Translations under genes and position numbers: made by a program
Assembly (NCBI GenBank): GCA_963734535.1
Contig: CAVTHS010000010.1
Coordinates: 1-64,000 of the forward strand
Length of the DNA: 64,000 nucleotides
Origin: an uncultured Chloroflexia bacterium
GTDB lineage: Bacteria > Chloroflexota > Limnocylindria > Limnocylindrales > CSP1-4
Direction: 5' to 3'
The notes under the pieces: generated by a model
Databases searched by the model: none
Told to the model about the DNA's origin: nothing
The model's input: the letters and a program-made list of their open reading frames with translations, nothing else
Part shown: positions 40,811 through 53,445 of the stretch, one piece after another
Layout of the letters: each line of letters begins with the position of its first letter
Position numbering within the stretch: the first letter of the stretch is position 1

Positions 40811-41349
40811 CAGGGCTTCCGGCGCGGTCGCCGGGCGCGCGGAATCGGCCGACCGCCCGGCGAGGCGTGGGCGCGGGGGCGGGGGCGGCCGTCGGTTTCG
40901 GGCAGGGCGTCGGGCTCGGGCGTGTCGCCCTCGCGGGGCAGGCGCGCGACCGGTGTCGGCAGGGATTCCCTCACCGGCGCGTCCGCGATCGAGGCCGCCC
41001 GGGGTGCGTCGCCGCGCTCCAGCTCATCGAGGATCTGGAGGACGCGCGTGCCATGCTCCATGGACGCATCGAGCTCGACGTGGAGCGCCGGGATCCTCCG
41101 CAGGTGAAGCCGGACGCCCAGCTCCCGCCGGACGAACCCCATCGCCCGTTCCAGGGCCGCCAGCGTCTCGCGCCGTTCGGCGGTATCGCCGATCACGCTG
41201 ACCCAGACCTTGGCGTGCGAAAGGTCCCGCGTCGTCTCGACGTCGGTCACCGTGGCGAACCCGATGCGCGGGTCCGCGACCTCCCGGGCCAGGATCGCGC
41301 CGATCTCCTGGCGAAGGAGCTCGTCGACGCGATCCGTGCGCTGGCTCAT
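40810..41349 (-). CDS. rbfA: Ribosome-binding factor A
   Basis: RTDRV, DPRIG, DLSHAKVW and LRRIPAL motifs. Confidence 0.95.
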   Translation of the reverse strand: MSQRTDRVDELLRQEIGAILAREVADPRIGFATVTDVETTRDLSHAKVWVSVIGDTAERRETLAALERAMGFVRRELGVRLHLRRIPALHVELDASMEHGTRVLQILDELERGDAPRAASIADAPVRESLPTPVARLPREGDTPEPDALPETDGRPRPRAHASPGGRPIPRARRPRRKP

Positions 41350-41358
41350 CGGCGGCCC

Positions 41359-43257
41359 CTACCGGAGGTTCGAGCGGCTGACCGACTGCTGGGTGAACGC
41401 CTCGATGATGTCGCCCTCGGCGAGATCGTGGAACCCGGCGAGGCCGATTCCGCACTCGTACCCCTGGGCCACGTCGCGCACGTCGTCGCGGAAGCGCCGC
41501 AGGGAGTCCAGCTTGTCCGTGGCGATCAGCTTGCCGTTGCGGTAGACCCGGACCCCTGCGGTCCGCGGGATGTGGCCGTCGGTCACGAACGACCCGGCGA
41601 TGACCGTGCTCTTGCCCACCCGGAAGATCTGGCGGACCTCGGCGCGACCCTCGACCTGCTCCACGATCTCCGGCTCGAGCATGCCCTTGAGGGCAGCCTC
41701 GATGTCGTCGGTGAGCTTGTAGATGATGTCGTAGAGGCGGACGTCGACCTTCTCCGCCTCCGCCGTCCGGCGGGCCTGCGGGTCGAGCTTCGTGTTGAAG
41801 CCGACGACGATCGCGTTGGACGCCGAGGCGAGCAGGATGTCGTTGTCGGTGATGTCGCCGGTGCCCTCGTGGAGGACGCTGATGCGCACCTCGTCCGAGA
41901 TGATCTGCCCCAGCGCGTGCGTGATGGCCCCCAGCGAGCCGGACACGTCCGACTTCAGGATGATCCGGAGCTCCTTGGACTGGCCCTCCTGGAACTGGTT
42001 GAAGAGATCCTCGAGGGTCGCCTTCTGGCTGGTGCCCGCCTGCGCGGTTGCCGCGATGCGGGTCTGCTCGACCATGGACCGGGCGGTCTTCTCGTCCGCC
42101 ACGACGCGCAGGATGTCGCCCGCCTCCGGGACCTCGTCGAGCCCGAGCACGAGCGCCGCGGACGAAGGGCCGGCCTTCTGGATCCGCTTGCCGGCCGCGT
42201 TCTCGAGCGCCTTGACCTTGCCGTAGGTCTTGCCCACGACGACGATGTCGCCGATCCGGAGCGTGCCGGTCTGGACGACGACCGTCGCCACCGGGCCCCG
42301 CCCCTTGTCCAGCTCCGCCTCGATGATCGTCCCGACCGCCGGGCGCTTGGGATCGGCCTTGAGCTCCTGGAGATCGGCGACGAGGTTCACCATGTCGAAG
42401 AGGTCGTCGAGGCCCTGGCGCGTCTTCGCCGAGACCTGCACGAGCGGGACGTCGCCGCCGTATTCCTCGATGACGACGTTGGCTTCGGTGAGCTCGGTCT
42501 TGACCCGGTCCGGGTTGGCGTCCGGCTTGTCGATCTTGTTGAGGGCGATGATGATCGGCACCTTCGCCGCTCGGGCGTGGCTGATCGCCTCGAGGGTCTG
42601 GGGCATCACGCCGTCGTCCGCCGCCACCACGATGATCGCGATGTCGGTGACCTTGGCGCCCCGGGCGCGCATCGCCGTGAACGCCTCGTGACCGGGCGTG
42701 TCGAGGAAGACGACCCGCTTGTCGTCCTTGACGACCACCGAGGCGCCGATGTGCTGGGTGATCCCGCCGCGCTCCCCGGCCGCCACGGCGGTGCTCCGGA
42801 TCGCGTCGAGCAGGCTGGTCTTGCCGTGGTCGACGTGGCCCATCACCGTCACGATGGGTGCGCGGGGCACCAGCAACGACGGGTCGCCGTCGACGAAGAG
42901 CGTCTCCTTCGTGGCGGGCGCGGGCGCCTCCGTGCGCTCGTCCTCGGCCGTGACCACCGGCGCTTCCGCCTCGTCGGTCTCGAATCCCAGCTCCGTCGCG
43001 ACGAGGGACGCGGTGTCCCGGTCGATCAGCTGGTTGATCGTGGCGAAGATCCCGCTCTTGATGAGCTCCCGGATGACGTCCGCCGGGTTGACCGCCAGGA
43101 CCTCCGCGAGCTCCTTGACGGTGATCGTGGACGGCAGCACGACGGCTGCGCGCTCGCGCGGCTCGGCAACCGAGACCGGCGTGAACGCGCCGCCCTCGCG
43201 TCGCTGTGGTTTGCGGGGCCCGCGGCGCCCGCGGGTCCCGCTCCTGCTCCTGGCCAT
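41359..43257 (-). CDS. infB: Translation initiation factor IF-2
   Basis: [29 protein letters not shown] and GYECGI motifs. Confidence 0.97.
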   Translation of the reverse strand: MARSRSGTRGRRGPRKPQRREGGAFTPVSVAEPRERAAVVLPSTITVKELAEVLAVNPADVIRELIKSGIFATINQLIDRDTASLVATELGFETDEAEAPVVTAEDERTEAPAPATKETLFVDGDPSLLVPRAPIVTVMGHVDHGKTSLLDAIRSTAVAAGERGGITQHIGASVVVKDDKRVVFLDTPGHEAFTAMRARGAKVTDIAIIVVAADDGVMPQTLEAISHARAAKVPIIIALNKIDKPDANPDRVKTELTEANVVIEEYGGDVPLVQVSAKTRQGLDDLFDMVNLVADLQELKADPKRPAVGTIIEAELDKGRGPVATVVVQTGTLRIGDIVVVGKTYGKVKALENAAGKRIQKAGPSSAALVLGLDEVPEAGDILRVVADEKTARSMVEQTRIAATAQAGTSQKATLEDLFNQFQEGQSKELRIILKSDVSGSLGAITHALGQIISDEVRISVLHEGTGDITDNDILLASASNAIVVGFNTKLDPQARRTAEAEKVDVRLYDIIYKLTDDIEAALKGMLEPEIVEQVEGRAEVRQIFRVGKSTVIAGSFVTDGHIPRTAGVRVYRNGKLIATDKLDSLRRFRDDVRDVAQGYECGIGLAGFHDLAEGDIIEAFTQQSVSRSNLR

Positions 43258-43571
43258 CAGGCCCCTCCTTCTTGGTCAACGTGGTTCGGCATCGGGGGTG
43301 TCGGGGCTCCGGCCCTGAACGGGTCGAAGAGCCCGGGCGGAATCGGGACGGCGAGCGCACGCCGCAGCGTGCCCTTCGCCATCGCGAGGTCGTGGCACGC
43401 GGGATCGACGCACACGTAGGCGCCGCGACCAGGCGCTCGTCCGGTCGCATCGAGCGCGATCGTGCCGCCCGGCGTCCGCACCACCCGCAGCAGCTCGCGC
43501 TTCGGACGAGCCGTCCGGCAGGCGACGCAGGTCCGGGTCGGGTGCTGTCGCGGAGGCGGGCCGCCGCCCAC
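43257..43571 (-). CDS. ylxR: YlxR/RnpM family RNA-binding protein
   Basis: [15 protein letters not shown] and GRGAYVC motifs; located between nusA and infB. Start approximate. Confidence 0.88.
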   Translation of the reverse strand: MGGGPPPRQHPTRTCVACRTARPKRELLRVVRTPGGTIALDATGRAPGRGAYVCVDPACHDLAMAKGTLRRALAVPIPPGLFDPFRAGAPTPPMPNHVDQEGGA

Positions 43572-43579
43572 GCGCCCCG

Positions 43580-44761
43580 CTACGGTGTCACCTCCGCGGT
43601 CGGAAGGGCCGCCGGAACGTCCGCGTTCGCGGGGGCGCCCTCGTCCGCGACGTCGGCGGCGGGTGACGGCTCGGCGGCGGGAGCGGCCGGCACGGGCGCA
43701 GCAGCCCCAGGGACCGGCGCGACTGCCTCCGGCGCCTGCACGTCGCTGCGGATGTCGATCCGCCAGCCGGTCATCTTCGCGGCGAGTCGCGCGTTCTGCC
43801 CTTCGCGCCCGATGGCGAGCGAGAGCATCTTCTCGGGGACGATGACGCTCGCGATCCGGTGCTCCTCGTCGATGTGGACGGCCACGACCTGCGCCGGGCT
43901 GAGCGCCTTCGCGACGAAGACGGCCGGGTCCTCGTGCCATTCGATCACGTCGATCTTCTCGCCGGCGAGCTCGGCCACGACGGCCTGGACGCGGGCGCCA
44001 CGCTGTCCCACCGTCGCGCCGACGGGGTCGAGGCCCTCCTGGCGCGAGGCCACCGCGACCTTCGAGCGGCTGCCCGGCTCGCGGGCGATCGCCTTGATCT
44101 CGACGGTCCCGGCGTGGATCTCGGGGACCTCGAGCTCGAAGAGCCGGCGAAGGAACCCCTTGTGCGTGCGGCTGACGAGCACCTGCGGGCCCTTCGGGCC
44201 GCGGCGCACCTCCAGCACGAACGCCTTGACGTTCTGGCCGATCCGGTAGTGCTCCACCGGCGACTGCTCGGTGGTCGCGAGGATCGCCTCCGCCTTCCCG
44301 AGGTCGAGGATGATCGCCCGCGGCTCGACCCGGTTGACGGTCCCGGTGATGAGGTCGCCCTCGCGGCTCGCGAACTGGTCGTAGACGACGTCGCGCTCGG
44401 CCTCGCGCAGGCGCTGCAGGACGACCTGCTTCGCCGTCTGCGCACCGATCCGCCCGAATGCATCCTGGCCCAGCTGCTCGGTGACGACCTCCTCGCCGAT
44501 CTCGGCATCGGGCTTGATCGCCCGGGCCTCGTCGAGGGTCAGCTCGGTGAGTGGATCCTCCACGTCCGCGACGACGAGGCGTTCGCGGGTCACGAGCATC
44601 TCGCCGCGCTCCGGGTCGATCCGGACGCGGACGTCCTCGTTGCCGGGGATCCGGCGGTAGGCCGACTCGATGGCGTCGGAGATCGTCAGGACGAGGTGCT
44701 CCCGGGGAACGCCCTTCTCGGCGTTGAGCTGGAGGAGGGCGCCCACGAAGTCGCGGCTCAT
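43580..44761 (-). CDS. nusA: Transcription termination/antitermination factor NusA
   Basis: FGRIGAQTAKQV, ELEVPEI, AREPGSRSK and LSLAIGREGQNARLA motifs. Confidence 0.97.
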   Translation of the reverse strand: MSRDFVGALLQLNAEKGVPREHLVLTISDAIESAYRRIPGNEDVRVRIDPERGEMLVTRERLVVADVEDPLTELTLDEARAIKPDAEIGEEVVTEQLGQDAFGRIGAQTAKQVVLQRLREAERDVVYDQFASREGDLITGTVNRVEPRAIILDLGKAEAILATTEQSPVEHYRIGQNVKAFVLEVRRGPKGPQVLVSRTHKGFLRRLFELEVPEIHAGTVEIKAIAREPGSRSKVAVASRQEGLDPVGATVGQRGARVQAVVAELAGEKIDVIEWHEDPAVFVAKALSPAQVVAVHIDEEHRIASVIVPEKMLSLAIGREGQNARLAAKMTGWRIDIRSDVQAPEAVAPVPGAAAPVPAAPAAEPSPAADVADEGAPANADVPAALPTAEVTP

Positions 44762-44815
44762 GCGGTCCACCTCTCACACTCGTGTTCGACCGACGGCGGC
44801 CGTCCCGGCCGACCG

Positions 44816-44878
44816 AAAGAAAAACGTGGGGGTCACCCACGTCATGGAGCGGCGCGGTCGAAGTTGCACCGGAGTATA
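44816..44878 (-). promoter_or_regulatory. nusA operon leader: -10 box plus intrinsic terminator/attenuator (rimP-leader-like)
   Basis: TATACT (44873-44878), then ACGTGGG-TGACC-CCCACGT hairpin followed by TTTTCTTT on the minus strand. Confidence 0.7.
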
Positions 44879-44995
44879 CCCCACGCGCGCCGTGCCTCCC
44901 CGCCGCGCCGCGTGACCCCTGCCGGTGCGTCGATGCAACGGCGTGGCGCGCGGACGCACCGCCTGCCGGCGGGCGGGCGATCGTACGGCGTCCGG

Positions 44996-46270
44996 CTACG
45001 CGATTGGCGAGGTCGCCCCGACCCCTGTCGGGACGCTGCCCGGGGTCGGGTAGCGCCGCTCCACGTACTCCTCGAGCAGCCCGATGAAGCGGGCCACGAT
45101 GTCGTCGCCGCGGTACGTGGCGTAGAGCTTGCCGTCGACGAAGACCGGCGCCACGGGCTCCTCGAAGGTGCCGGGGAGGCTGATCCCGATGTCGGCATGC
45201 TTGCTCTCGCCCGGCCCGTTGACCACGCAGCCCATGACGGCGACCCGCAGCTCCTCGACACCGGGGTGGAGCTCCCGCCAGGCGGGCATGCGTTCCTTGA
45301 GGTGGGCGGTGATGTCGCGGGCCATCTCCTGGAAGAAGACCGACGTCGTGCGCCCGCAGCCCGGGCAGGCGCTCACCTGGGGCATGAAGCTGCGCAGGCC
45401 GAGTGATTGCAGGACCTGCTGGGCGACCTCCACCTCGAGCTCGCGGCCTGCGCCGGGCTCGGGCGTCAGGGAGACGCGGATCGTGTCGCCGATCCCCTCG
45501 GACAGGAGGACGCTCAGGCCAGCCGTCGAAGCGACGATCCCCTTCATGCCCATGCCGGCCTCCGTGAGGCCGAGGTGGAGCGGGTAGTCGCACTGCGCCG
45601 CGAGCCGCCGGTAGACGTCCACGAGGTCGCGCACGCCCGACACCTTCGCGCTCACGATGATCCGGTCGTGGCCCAGCCCGGTCTCCTCGGCCAGCTCGGC
45701 GGAGCGGAGCGCCGAGGCCAGCATGGCGTCGATCATCACGTCCCGGCTGTCACGCGGCGCGGCGAGGGCCGCGTTCGCCTCCATCATCGACGTCAGGAGA
45801 GCCGGGTCCAGCGAGCCCCAGTTGACGCCGATCCGGACAGGCCGGTCGTGCTCGATGGCGACTCGCACGATCGTCTGAAAGTTGTCGTCGTGACGCTTCG
45901 CGCCGACGTTGCCCGGGTTGATGCGGTACTTCGCCAGCGCTCGGGCGGCCTCCGGATGGTCCACGAGGAGCTGGTGCCCGTTGTAGTGGAAGTCGCCGAC
46001 GATGGGGGTCTCGAAGCCGAGGTCGCGGACCTTGCGCACCATCTCGGGCACCGCGGCCGCGGCCGCCTCGGTGTTGACGGTCACCCGGACGAGCTGCGAC
46101 CCGGCCGCCGCAAGCCGGACGACCTGGAGCGCGGTCGCATCGGCGTCCGCCGTGTCCGTGTTCGTCATGGACTGGACGACCACTGGGTGGGCGCTCCCCA
46201 CGAGCACGCCGCCCACGTCCACCGACGGCGTGGCTCGCCGGGGCGGGCGCAGGGCGTCCGCGCCGGTCAC
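44996..46270 (-). CDS. ispG: (E)-4-hydroxy-3-methylbut-2-enyl-diphosphate synthase
   Basis: [33 protein letters not shown] and [10 protein letters not shown] motifs. Confidence 0.96.
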   Translation of the reverse strand: MTGADALRPPRRATPSVDVGGVLVGSAHPVVVQSMTNTDTADADATALQVVRLAAAGSQLVRVTVNTEAAAAAVPEMVRKVRDLGFETPIVGDFHYNGHQLLVDHPEAARALAKYRINPGNVGAKRHDDNFQTIVRVAIEHDRPVRIGVNWGSLDPALLTSMMEANAALAAPRDSRDVMIDAMLASALRSAELAEETGLGHDRIIVSAKVSGVRDLVDVYRRLAAQCDYPLHLGLTEAGMGMKGIVASTAGLSVLLSEGIGDTIRVSLTPEPGAGRELEVEVAQQVLQSLGLRSFMPQVSACPGCGRTTSVFFQEMARDITAHLKERMPAWRELHPGVEELRVAVMGCVVNGPGESKHADIGISLPGTFEEPVAPVFVDGKLYATYRGDDIVARFIGLLEEYVERRYPTPGSVPTGVGATSPIA

Positions 46271-47424
46271 GGCGTCCCGCCGCCGCCGACCTGCCGGGCG
46301 ATGTCGAAGTACGTGATCCAGATCAGGAATCCGAACAGGAAGACGAAGCCGACCAGGTACGTCAGGCGCTCCACGGAGATCGCCGTCTGCGTCGAGGGGC
46401 CCCGGCCGCGCACCCCGGCCCGTCGCATGACCGCGGAGCCGCGTCCCAGGAGTGCCTTGAGCAGGAGCACGAGGATGCGGCCGCCGTCGAGCGGCGGGAA
46501 GGGCAGGATGTTGACCAGGGCCAGGTTCGCCGAGAGCAGCCCGGCCAGGTAGAGGGTGAAGATGGGCCCCAGCTGCCAGAAGACGTCGCCGACCTGGACC
46601 GCGATCCCGACCGGGCCGGTGACCGGCGGCGCCTGCGTCGGATTCGACGCGACGGACGAGACGAGCGAGGCGAGGCCGTCGATGATCAGGCGGAATGCGC
46701 TGACCGTCCAGGTCGCGCCGGCACCGATCGCGGTCACCGGGTCGCGGCCGGCATAGGTGCCGGAGAAGCTCAGGCCCGCTCCGCGGATCCCCAGCGCGCC
46801 CTTGTCGACGGCCTCGTCGGGGGGCCGGAGCGTGACCGCCACGTCGCGGACCGCGCCGTCCGCGGCGCGCACCCGGAGCGTGACCGCCTGGCCCGCCCGG
46901 TCGCGGAGGGCAGCGATCGCCGCCTGCCCGGCCTGCGGGCTCGGAAGGAGGTCGAAGGTCGTCCCGTCGATGGCCAGGATCGTCTCGCCCGACCGCAGGC
47001 CCGCAAGGTCGGCCGGGGAGCCGGCCACGACCTCGTTGAACGTGAGGCCGCCCTGCGGCGTGGCAAGCCAGGCGATCCCGGTGAAGATCACGAACGCGAG
47101 CAGGAGGTTCATTCCCACCCCGGCGAGCAGGACCAGCAGCTTCTTCGGGAGGCTCGCGACGACGAACGATCGGGGGTCGTCCGATTCGCCGTCCTCGCCC
47201 TCGAGCCGCACGAAGCCGCCGATCGGCAGCCAGTTCAGCGTATAGAGCGTCTCGCCACGGTCGCGGAGGACCTTCGCCCGGGGCGGGAACCCGATCCCGA
47301 ACTCGTGGACGCGGATCCCGAAGAGGCGCGCCAGCACGAAGTGGCCGAGCTCGTGGATCACGACCAGCGAGCACAGGATGAAGACGAAGAGGAGGATCGT
47401 GATCGCCCCCTGGATGATCGCCAT
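46267..47424 (-). CDS. rseP: RIP metalloprotease RseP (M50, PDZ)
   Basis: HELGH, PIGGFV and [11 protein letters not shown] motifs. Confidence 0.94.
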   Translation of the reverse strand: MAIIQGAITILLFVFILCSLVVIHELGHFVLARLFGIRVHEFGIGFPPRAKVLRDRGETLYTLNWLPIGGFVRLEGEDGESDDPRSFVVASLPKKLLVLLAGVGMNLLLAFVIFTGIAWLATPQGGLTFNEVVAGSPADLAGLRSGETILAIDGTTFDLLPSPQAGQAAIAALRDRAGQAVTLRVRAADGAVRDVAVTLRPPDEAVDKGALGIRGAGLSFSGTYAGRDPVTAIGAGATWTVSAFRLIIDGLASLVSSVASNPTQAPPVTGPVGIAVQVGDVFWQLGPIFTLYLAGLLSANLALVNILPFPPLDGGRILVLLLKALLGRGSAVMRRAGVRGRGPSTQTAISVERLTYLVGFVFLFGFLIWITYFDIARQVGGGGTP

Positions 47425-47432
47425 GGCTCCTC

Positions 47433-48659
47433 CTACGCGGGTCGCCCGCCGGCGGTTCCCGGCGAGCTGAACGCGGCGCGGACCTCGCGGTCGAGCGCCA
47501 CGAGATCATCGTACCCCGGCGCCTGCCCGGGACCCGTCCCGAAGCGATCGACGGCCGCCTCGAGGAGGCGCGGAACCCCCGGAAAGTCGAGCGTCCCCTC
47601 GAGGAACCGGGCGACGGCCACCTCGTCGGCGGCGATCAGGGCCGCCGTGGCCCGGGACCCGAGCAGCCCCGCCTGGCGGGCGATCCGCAGGGCGGGGAAC
47701 CGTGCCTCGTCGGGGGCGCGGAAGTCCAGTCGGCCCGCGGCGACGAGGTCGGTGCCGGCGGCCGGCGAGGGTCGACGAGACGGGTACGTGATCGCGTACT
47801 GGATGGGCAGCCGCATGTCCGGGGTTCCGAGCTGCGCCTTCATCGACCCATCGACGAAGCGGACGGCCGAGTGGACCACCGACTGCGGATGGATGACCAC
47901 CTCGATGTCCGGGTAGGCCATGCCGTAGAGCCAGTGTGCCTCGATGACCTCGAGGCCCTTGTTGGCGAGCGTCGCGGAGTCGATCGTGATCTTGGCCCCC
48001 ATGTGCCACGTCGGATGGCGGAGCGCTCTTGCCGGCGTGATCCCGGGAAAGGCCTCGATCGGCGTGTCGAGGAACGGGCCGCCGGACGCCGTCAGGACGA
48101 GCGCGGCGACGCCCGACAGCGCCTCGCCGGCCAGGCACTGCCAGATCGCGGAGTGCTCGGAATCGATCGGACGGAGCCAGCCGAGCGCGCTCGCGAGCGG
48201 GTCCCGCGGGTCGGCCGCGGCGCGCTCCGCGGCACGAGCGTGCGCCTCCGCCATGACCAGGTGACCCCCCGCGACGAGCGTCTCCTTGTTCGCGGTCGCG
48301 ACCACCTTGCCGGCGCGCAGCGCGGCGAGGACCGGCCGGAGGCTCACCATGCCGCCCGTTGCCACCAGGACCAGGTCGACGTCATCGCGGGTCGCGAGCT
48401 CGACGAGCGCGTCCGGGCCACGGACACGGAGCGTCCCGGCCGGAAGGTCGAGCGGCGTGACGTCCGCGAGCGCGACCGCGGCGGGCCGATGCTCGCGGAC
48501 CTGCGATTCGAGGAGCGCAGCCTGCGAGCCGGTCGCGAGCGCGACCACGTGCCAGTCCGCGGCGAGCCCGGCAAGGACGTCGAGCGCCTGCTTGCCGATC
48601 GATCCGCCGGATCCGAGCAGGGCGACCCCGCGCGGCCGGTCAGGCGACGAGGACGACAT
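47433..48659 (-). CDS. dxr: 1-deoxy-D-xylulose-5-phosphate reductoisomerase
   Basis: ANKETLV, DSEH, TASGGPF and [15 protein letters not shown] motifs. Confidence 0.96.
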   Translation of the reverse strand: MSSSSPDRPRGVALLGSGGSIGKQALDVLAGLAADWHVVALATGSQAALLESQVREHRPAAVALADVTPLDLPAGTLRVRGPDALVELATRDDVDLVLVATGGMVSLRPVLAALRAGKVVATANKETLVAGGHLVMAEAHARAAERAAADPRDPLASALGWLRPIDSEHSAIWQCLAGEALSGVAALVLTASGGPFLDTPIEAFPGITPARALRHPTWHMGAKITIDSATLANKGLEVIEAHWLYGMAYPDIEVVIHPQSVVHSAVRFVDGSMKAQLGTPDMRLPIQYAITYPSRRPSPAAGTDLVAAGRLDFRAPDEARFPALRIARQAGLLGSRATAALIAADEVAVARFLEGTLDFPGVPRLLEAAVDRFGTGPGQAPGYDDLVALDREVRAAFSSPGTAGGRPA

Positions 48660-49515
48660 ACGCCACCAGGACCGGCGCGGCGAACAGGAACGAATCGACC
48701 CGGTCCAGGACGCCCCCGTGGCCGGGGATCGCGCTCCCGGAGTCCTTCGCGCCCGCAGCTCGCTTGAGCAGGCTCTCGGCGAGATCCCCCGCCTGGGCCG
48801 CGGCGCCGAGAAGCGGCCCGAGGACCAGGGCCTCGAGCGGAGACCGGCCGCTGATCGCGAGCACGCAGCCCACGCCGACCGTCGCGACGACGAGACCGCC
48901 GAGCACGCCCTCGAGGGTCTTCTTCGGCGAGATCCAGGCCATGAACGGGCGGCGTCCGATCGCCCGGCCCACGAGATATGCGCCGGTGTCGAAGCTCCAC
49001 ACGCCCGCGAGCAGGACCAGCACCCAGCGCCGCTCCGGCCAGAAGACCCGGTCGAAGGATGCGGGGTCCGTCCATTGGGTGGTGAGGGTCGCAAGCGCGC
49101 CGAGGAGGCCGACGTAGAGGGCGCCGAAGAGCGTGGCCGACCACGCGGTGAAGGCAGCGGTCGCGTCGCGGCGGGCGAACGCGGCAACGGCCAGGCCGAT
49201 GGCGACCACGCCGACGAGGGTGACGCCGTCCAGGCCGGCAACGCGTCCCGCCAGGTCGACGGCTGCAGCGGGACGGCCAAGCAGGTTGCTGCCGAGGCTC
49301 GCCGGGACGGCCGCCGCGGCCACCAGCACGGCCGCTCCCACGACGACGCCCCGGTCGATGACCTGCTGCCCCGCGAGGCGCAGCAGGCGCTCGGCCTCGC
49401 GCCCGGCCGCGATCGCGAGAAGCACGGCCAGGATCCCGATCCCGATCCCGCCGGCGGCGAGCGCCACGATGACGACGGGGACGATGATGAGCGCGCTGGT
49501 GGTCCGCTCGCGCAC
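48640..49515 (-). CDS. cdsA: Phosphatidate cytidylyltransferase
   Basis: [13 protein letters not shown] and [19 protein letters not shown] motifs. Confidence 0.95.
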   Translation of the reverse strand: MRERTTSALIIVPVVIVALAAGGIGIGILAVLLAIAAGREAERLLRLAGQQVIDRGVVVGAAVLVAAAAVPASLGSNLLGRPAAAVDLAGRVAGLDGVTLVGVVAIGLAVAAFARRDATAAFTAWSATLFGALYVGLLGALATLTTQWTDPASFDRVFWPERRWVLVLLAGVWSFDTGAYLVGRAIGRRPFMAWISPKKTLEGVLGGLVVATVGVGCVLAISGRSPLEALVLGPLLGAAAQAGDLAESLLKRAAGAKDSGSAIPGHGGVLDRVDSFLFAAPVLVAYVVLVA

Positions 49516-49526
49516 GGCGTGCCCGG

Positions 49527-50303
49527 TCAGCGCCCGAACCGGCGCCCGCGCCGCGCGAACTCCTCGAGCGCCGTGTCGAACGCCTCGGCGTCGAAGTCCG
49601 GCCAGAGCGCCGGGCAGGAATGGAACTCGGCGTAGGCCGACTGCCAGATCAGGAAGTTGGACAGGCGCTGCTCGCCGCCCGTCCGGATGACGAGGTCGGG
49701 ATCGGGCAGCCCGGCCGTGTAGAGGTGCGCCTCCACGGCGGCCTCGTCGATCTGGTCGGCCGGCGTGCCGGCGGCGACGATGGCCCGGACCGCGTCCACG
49801 ATCTCGGTCCGGCCGGCGTAGTTGAAGGCGATGTTGAGGGTCAGGCGCGTGCCGTCCTCGGTCGCCGCGAGCGCCTCCGTGATCGAGCCGCGGATGTCGG
49901 CGGGCACCTCGGCGAGGCGCCCCGAGACGCGCACGCGGACCCCCTGGCGCACGAGCTCCGGCGTCTCCGCGCGGATCGCCTGGTCGAGCAGCGAGAAGAG
50001 GCCGGCCACCTCGTCGTCGGAGCGCGCCCAGTTCTCGCGGCTGAACGCGTAGAGCGACAGCACCGCGATGCCGCGCCGGATCGCGTGCTCCACGAGCCAG
50101 CGGATCTTGTCGACCCCGGCGGCGTGTCCCTCGAGCTCGGCCACGCCGTGGGCGCGGGCCCAGCGGCGATTGCCGTCCATGATGATCGCCACGTGGACGG
50201 GCCGCGGACCGGCCTCGGGCGAGCTGTCCTCCCCGCCGGACAGCGGCTCCACGTGAGCGGCGCGCCGCGCGTCCGTGGGACGGGCGACCTGGGCGCGGCT
50301 CAC
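49527..50303 (-). CDS. uppS: Isoprenyl (undecaprenyl) diphosphate synthase
   Basis: [16 protein letters not shown] and [12 protein letters not shown] motifs. Confidence 0.96.
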   Translation of the reverse strand: MSRAQVARPTDARRAAHVEPLSGGEDSSPEAGPRPVHVAIIMDGNRRWARAHGVAELEGHAAGVDKIRWLVEHAIRRGIAVLSLYAFSRENWARSDDEVAGLFSLLDQAIRAETPELVRQGVRVRVSGRLAEVPADIRGSITEALAATEDGTRLTLNIAFNYAGRTEIVDAVRAIVAAGTPADQIDEAAVEAHLYTAGLPDPDLVIRTGGEQRLSNFLIWQSAYAEFHSCPALWPDFDAEAFDTALEEFARRGRRFGR

Positions 50304-50861
50304 CTAGACCTCGAGGACCTCGCGTTCCTTGGCCCCGCCCACCTTGTCGACCTCGGCGATCTGGCGATCGGTCACCTTCTGGAGCACTTCCAGCTCCCGG
50401 TGCGCCTCGTCCGTGCCCAGGTCTCCGTCGCGCTCTTCCTTCTTGATCGCGTCGGCCGCCTCGCGGCGCAGGTTCCGGATCTCGACCCGGGCCTCCTCCA
50501 TCCGGCGATGGACGACCTTGACGATGTCCTTTCGGCGCTCCTCGGTGAGCTGCGGGATGTTGAGCCGGACCGCCGTCCCGTCGACGTTCGGGGTCAGGCC
50601 GACGTCGCTCTTGAGGATCGCCTTCTCGATCGCCCCCAGGACGCTCCGGTCCCACGGCTGGATCACGATCTGGTGCGGCTCCGGCACGCTGATCCCGGCG
50701 AGCTGGTTGAGGGGAGTCGCCGCGCCGTAGTACTCGACGAGGATCCGCTCCACGAGCGCGGTCGAAGCCCGGCCGGTGCGGATCCCCTGCAGGTCCCGCT
50801 CCAGGATCTCGACGGCCCGCGTCATCTTCGGCTCGATGGTCCCGATGACCTGGCTGCTCAT
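50304..50861 (-). CDS. frr: Ribosome recycling factor
   Basis: IRTGRAS and PQLTEERRK motifs. Confidence 0.97.
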   Translation of the reverse strand: MSSQVIGTIEPKMTRAVEILERDLQGIRTGRASTALVERILVEYYGAATPLNQLAGISVPEPHQIVIQPWDRSVLGAIEKAILKSDVGLTPNVDGTAVRLNIPQLTEERRKDIVKVVHRRMEEARVEIRNLRREAADAIKKEERDGDLGTDEAHRELEVLQKVTDRQIAEVDKVGGAKEREVLEV

Positions 50862-51667
50862 GCGGGGGTACCTCCGGCGATGCGGGTCCCGACCTGCTCC
50901 CCCATCGCGGCCCGGCGCACGTTGTCGGGCCGATTCAGGTCGAAGACGATGATCGGAAGATCATTCTCCATGCACAGCGAGACGGCAGTCGCGTCGAGGA
51001 CACCGAGCCGATCGGTCAGGACGTCCCCGAACGTGAGCTCCGTGTAGCGGCGGGCGTCGGGGTGGGTCAGCGGGTCGGCCTCGTAGACGCCGTCGACGCG
51101 CGTCGCCTTGAGCAGGACGGAGGCGCCGATCTCCACGGCGCGCAGGGCGGCGGCGGTGTCCGTCGTGAAGTACGGGTTGCCGGTGCCCGCCACGAAGATC
51201 ACGACGCGGCCCTTCTCGAGGTGGCGAATGGCGCGGCGCCGGATGTAGGGCTCGGCCACCTCGTTCATGGCGATCGCGGTCATCACCCGGGTGGGGACCC
51301 CCACACGCTCGAGCGCGTCCTGCAGGGCCAGGCCGTTCATGACCGTGGCCAGCATGCCGATGTAGTCCCCGGTGGCCCGGTCCATCCCGCGTGCGGCGGC
51401 CGCCATGCCGCGGAAGATGTTGCCGCCCCCGACCACGATGCCGACCTGGACGCCGGCCGTCCGGGCGGCCCCGATCTGGCCGGCAATGAACGCGCAGAAG
51501 GCCGGGTCGACGCCGTACTGGCGCTCGCCGAGCAGCGCCTCGCCGGAGATCTTGAGCAGGATCCGGCCGTGGCGAGGCGCCGACGCGGCGCCGGCCGTCG
51601 CCGACGCGGCGCCGGATGTCGCCGACGCGGCGCTGGATGTCGCCGTCCCGGCTGCGGCCTCGCTCAC
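50858..51667 (-). CDS. pyrH: UMP kinase
   Basis: [17 protein letters not shown] and PYFTTD motifs. Confidence 0.97.
   Translation of the reverse strand: MSEAAAGTATSSAASATSGAASATAGAASAPRHGRILLKISGEALLGERQYGVDPAFCAFIAGQIGAARTAGVQVGIVVGGGNIFRGMAAAARGMDRATGDYIGMLATVMNGLALQDALERVGVPTRVMTAIAMNEVAEPYIRRRAIRHLEKGRVVIFVAGTGNPYFTTDTAAALRAVEIGASVLLKATRVDGVYEADPLTHPDARRYTELTFGDVLTDRLGVLDATAVSLCMENDLPIIVFDLNRPDNVRRAAMGEQVGTRIAGGTPA
51579..51641. repeat. 21-bp tandem repeat x3 in the pyrH 5' region
   Basis: GCCGACGCGGCGCCGGCCGTC / GCCGACGCGGCGCCGGATGTC / GCCGACGCGGCGCTGGATGTC. Confidence 0.8.
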
Positions 51668-52263
51668 AGCTCCTCGCCGAGCGCGTAGCGGGAGAAGCGA
51701 CGGACCCTGATGTTCTCGCCGATGTTGGCGATCGCCCCCGTCACGAGATCGCGGACGGTCAGGTCGGTGTCACGGAAGGGCTGGTCCATGAGGCAGACCT
51801 CGGCGTACCACTTCTTGAGCTGGCCCTCGACGATCTGCGGCCGGATGTGCTCGGGCTTCTTCTGGGTCGCCTCGTCCGCGAGCAGGGCGGCCTTCCGCGC
51901 CTCCAGCTCCGCGGCCGGGATCCGGTCGACGTCCACCCACGTCGGGGCGAGGCCCGCGACCTGGACGGCCAGGTCGTGGACCAGCTTCTGAAACTCGTCG
52001 GTCCGCGCGACGAAATCCGTCTCGCAGTTGACCTCGATGATGACGCCCACGCGACCGCCGGGATGGATGTAGCTCGAGACGAGGCCTTCGCGCGCATCGC
52101 GCCCGGCCCGCTTCGCGGCGGCGGCGAGCCCCCGGTCGCGGAGCAGGGCGATGGCCTTGTCGAGGTCGCCGTCCGACTCCTCGAGGGCACGCTTGCAGTC
52201 CATGAAACCGGCGCCGGTGCGCTCGCGCAGCTCCTTGACGTCGCTCGCGGAGAAGTTCGCCAT
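51664..52263 (-). CDS. tsf: Elongation factor Ts (short form)
   Basis: [19 protein letters not shown] and [10 protein letters not shown] motifs. Confidence 0.97.
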   Translation of the reverse strand: MANFSASDVKELRERTGAGFMDCKRALEESDGDLDKAIALLRDRGLAAAAKRAGRDAREGLVSSYIHPGGRVGVIIEVNCETDFVARTDEFQKLVHDLAVQVAGLAPTWVDVDRIPAAELEARKAALLADEATQKKPEHIRPQIVEGQLKKWYAEVCLMDQPFRDTDLTVRDLVTGAIANIGENIRVRRFSRYALGEEL

Positions 52264-52333
52264 GGGTGAGTGTGTCTCCTGTCAGGTTCGGTCGGCCGGG
52301 CGCGCGCCTGGCCGGGATGGGAAGTCGGTGTGT

Positions 52334-53239
52334 CTACTCGGCCGGGATGGCGAGGTCGGTCGCGGGCGAGGCGTCTGCCGGCGCGGCGCTCACCGCTCCG
52401 GGCAGCAGCGCTTCGTCCTCGACATCGGGCTCGAAGGTGAGGGCGCCGCCGGCCGCGAGCTGCGCGACGAGGTCGTCGGCGGATGCCATCTCGTCGGTCT
52501 CGAAGGCGGCGGCCATCTCGGGCTCCGGCTCCGGCTCGCGATCGCTCCGGGCGGCCCGTTCGCGGCTCCCCTCGATGGCCGCGTCGGCGATCAGCGAACA
52601 GAGCAGGCGGATGGCACGGATCGCATCGTCGTTGCCCGGGATGATGTAGTCCAGCTCATCCGGGTCGACGTTCGTGTCGCCGGTCCCGATGATCGGGATC
52701 TCGAGCTTGATGCACTCGGCGACCGCGATCCGCTCGCGCGCCGGGTCGATGATGAAGACCGCCCCGGGCAGGCGCCGCATCTTCCGGATCCCGCCCAGCG
52801 AGAGCTTCAGCTTGCGCAGCTCCTCGGAGAGGACCGCGGCCTCCTTCTTCGAGAGCCGGTCGAAGTCGCCATTGAGCTGGCGGGCCTCGAGCTGCTCGAG
52901 GAGACCAAGGCGCTTCTTGATCGTCACGAAGTTCGTGAGCATGCCGCCGAGCCACCGGCTGGTGACGTACGGCTGGCCCGCCCGCTCGGACTCCTGGATG
53001 ATCGGCTCCTGGGCCTGCTTCTTCGTGCCGACGAAGAGGACCTGCTCGCCGCGGGCCGTCGTCTCGCGGATCGCGTCGAGGGCGAGGTCGAGGCGCTTGA
53101 CCGTCTGGGCCAGGTCGATGATGTGAATCCCGTTGCGCTCCGCGAAGATGAACGGGCGCATCTTGGGATTCCAGCGGCGAGTCTGGTGGCCGAAGTGAAC
53201 GCCGGCCTCGAGAAGCTGCCGCATGGAGACGGTGGGCAC
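52334..53239 (-). CDS. rpsB: 30S ribosomal protein S2
   Basis: [19 protein letters not shown] and PGNDDA motifs; GTG start after AGGAGG. Confidence 0.97.
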   Translation of the reverse strand: MPTVSMRQLLEAGVHFGHQTRRWNPKMRPFIFAERNGIHIIDLAQTVKRLDLALDAIRETTARGEQVLFVGTKKQAQEPIIQESERAGQPYVTSRWLGGMLTNFVTIKKRLGLLEQLEARQLNGDFDRLSKKEAAVLSEELRKLKLSLGGIRKMRRLPGAVFIIDPARERIAVAECIKLEIPIIGTGDTNVDPDELDYIIPGNDDAIRAIRLLCSLIADAAIEGSRERAARSDREPEPEPEMAAAFETDEMASADDLVAQLAAGGALTFEPDVEDEALLPGAVSAAPADASPATDLAIPAE

Positions 53240-53256
53240 GGGGTGGACCTCCTGTT

Positions 53257-53348
53257 TCGGTTGTACCTCCGCGGGCCCTGCCCCGGGACCGGGCGACGCT
53301 TTCGCGGCCCGGCACCGACCCGAAGCGTGGTCTGGCGCCGCGTGTGAT
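53257..53348 (-). ncRNA. rpsB 5' leader (t44/S2 autoregulatory RNA-like)
   Basis: Minus strand reads CACACGCGG...GGTGCC...CCGCGGAGGTACAACC, resembling t44 motifs. Extended -10 TGgTAGACT at 53408-53416. Confidence 0.65.
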
Positions 53349-53445
53349 CTCGCCGGCCTGGTTCTCGGCACGGCGGCAGGCAACCGGACGGTCCGGCGGC
53401 CGGGCGGAGTCTACCACAGGCCCCGGGCCGGTCAGCCGATCCCGG

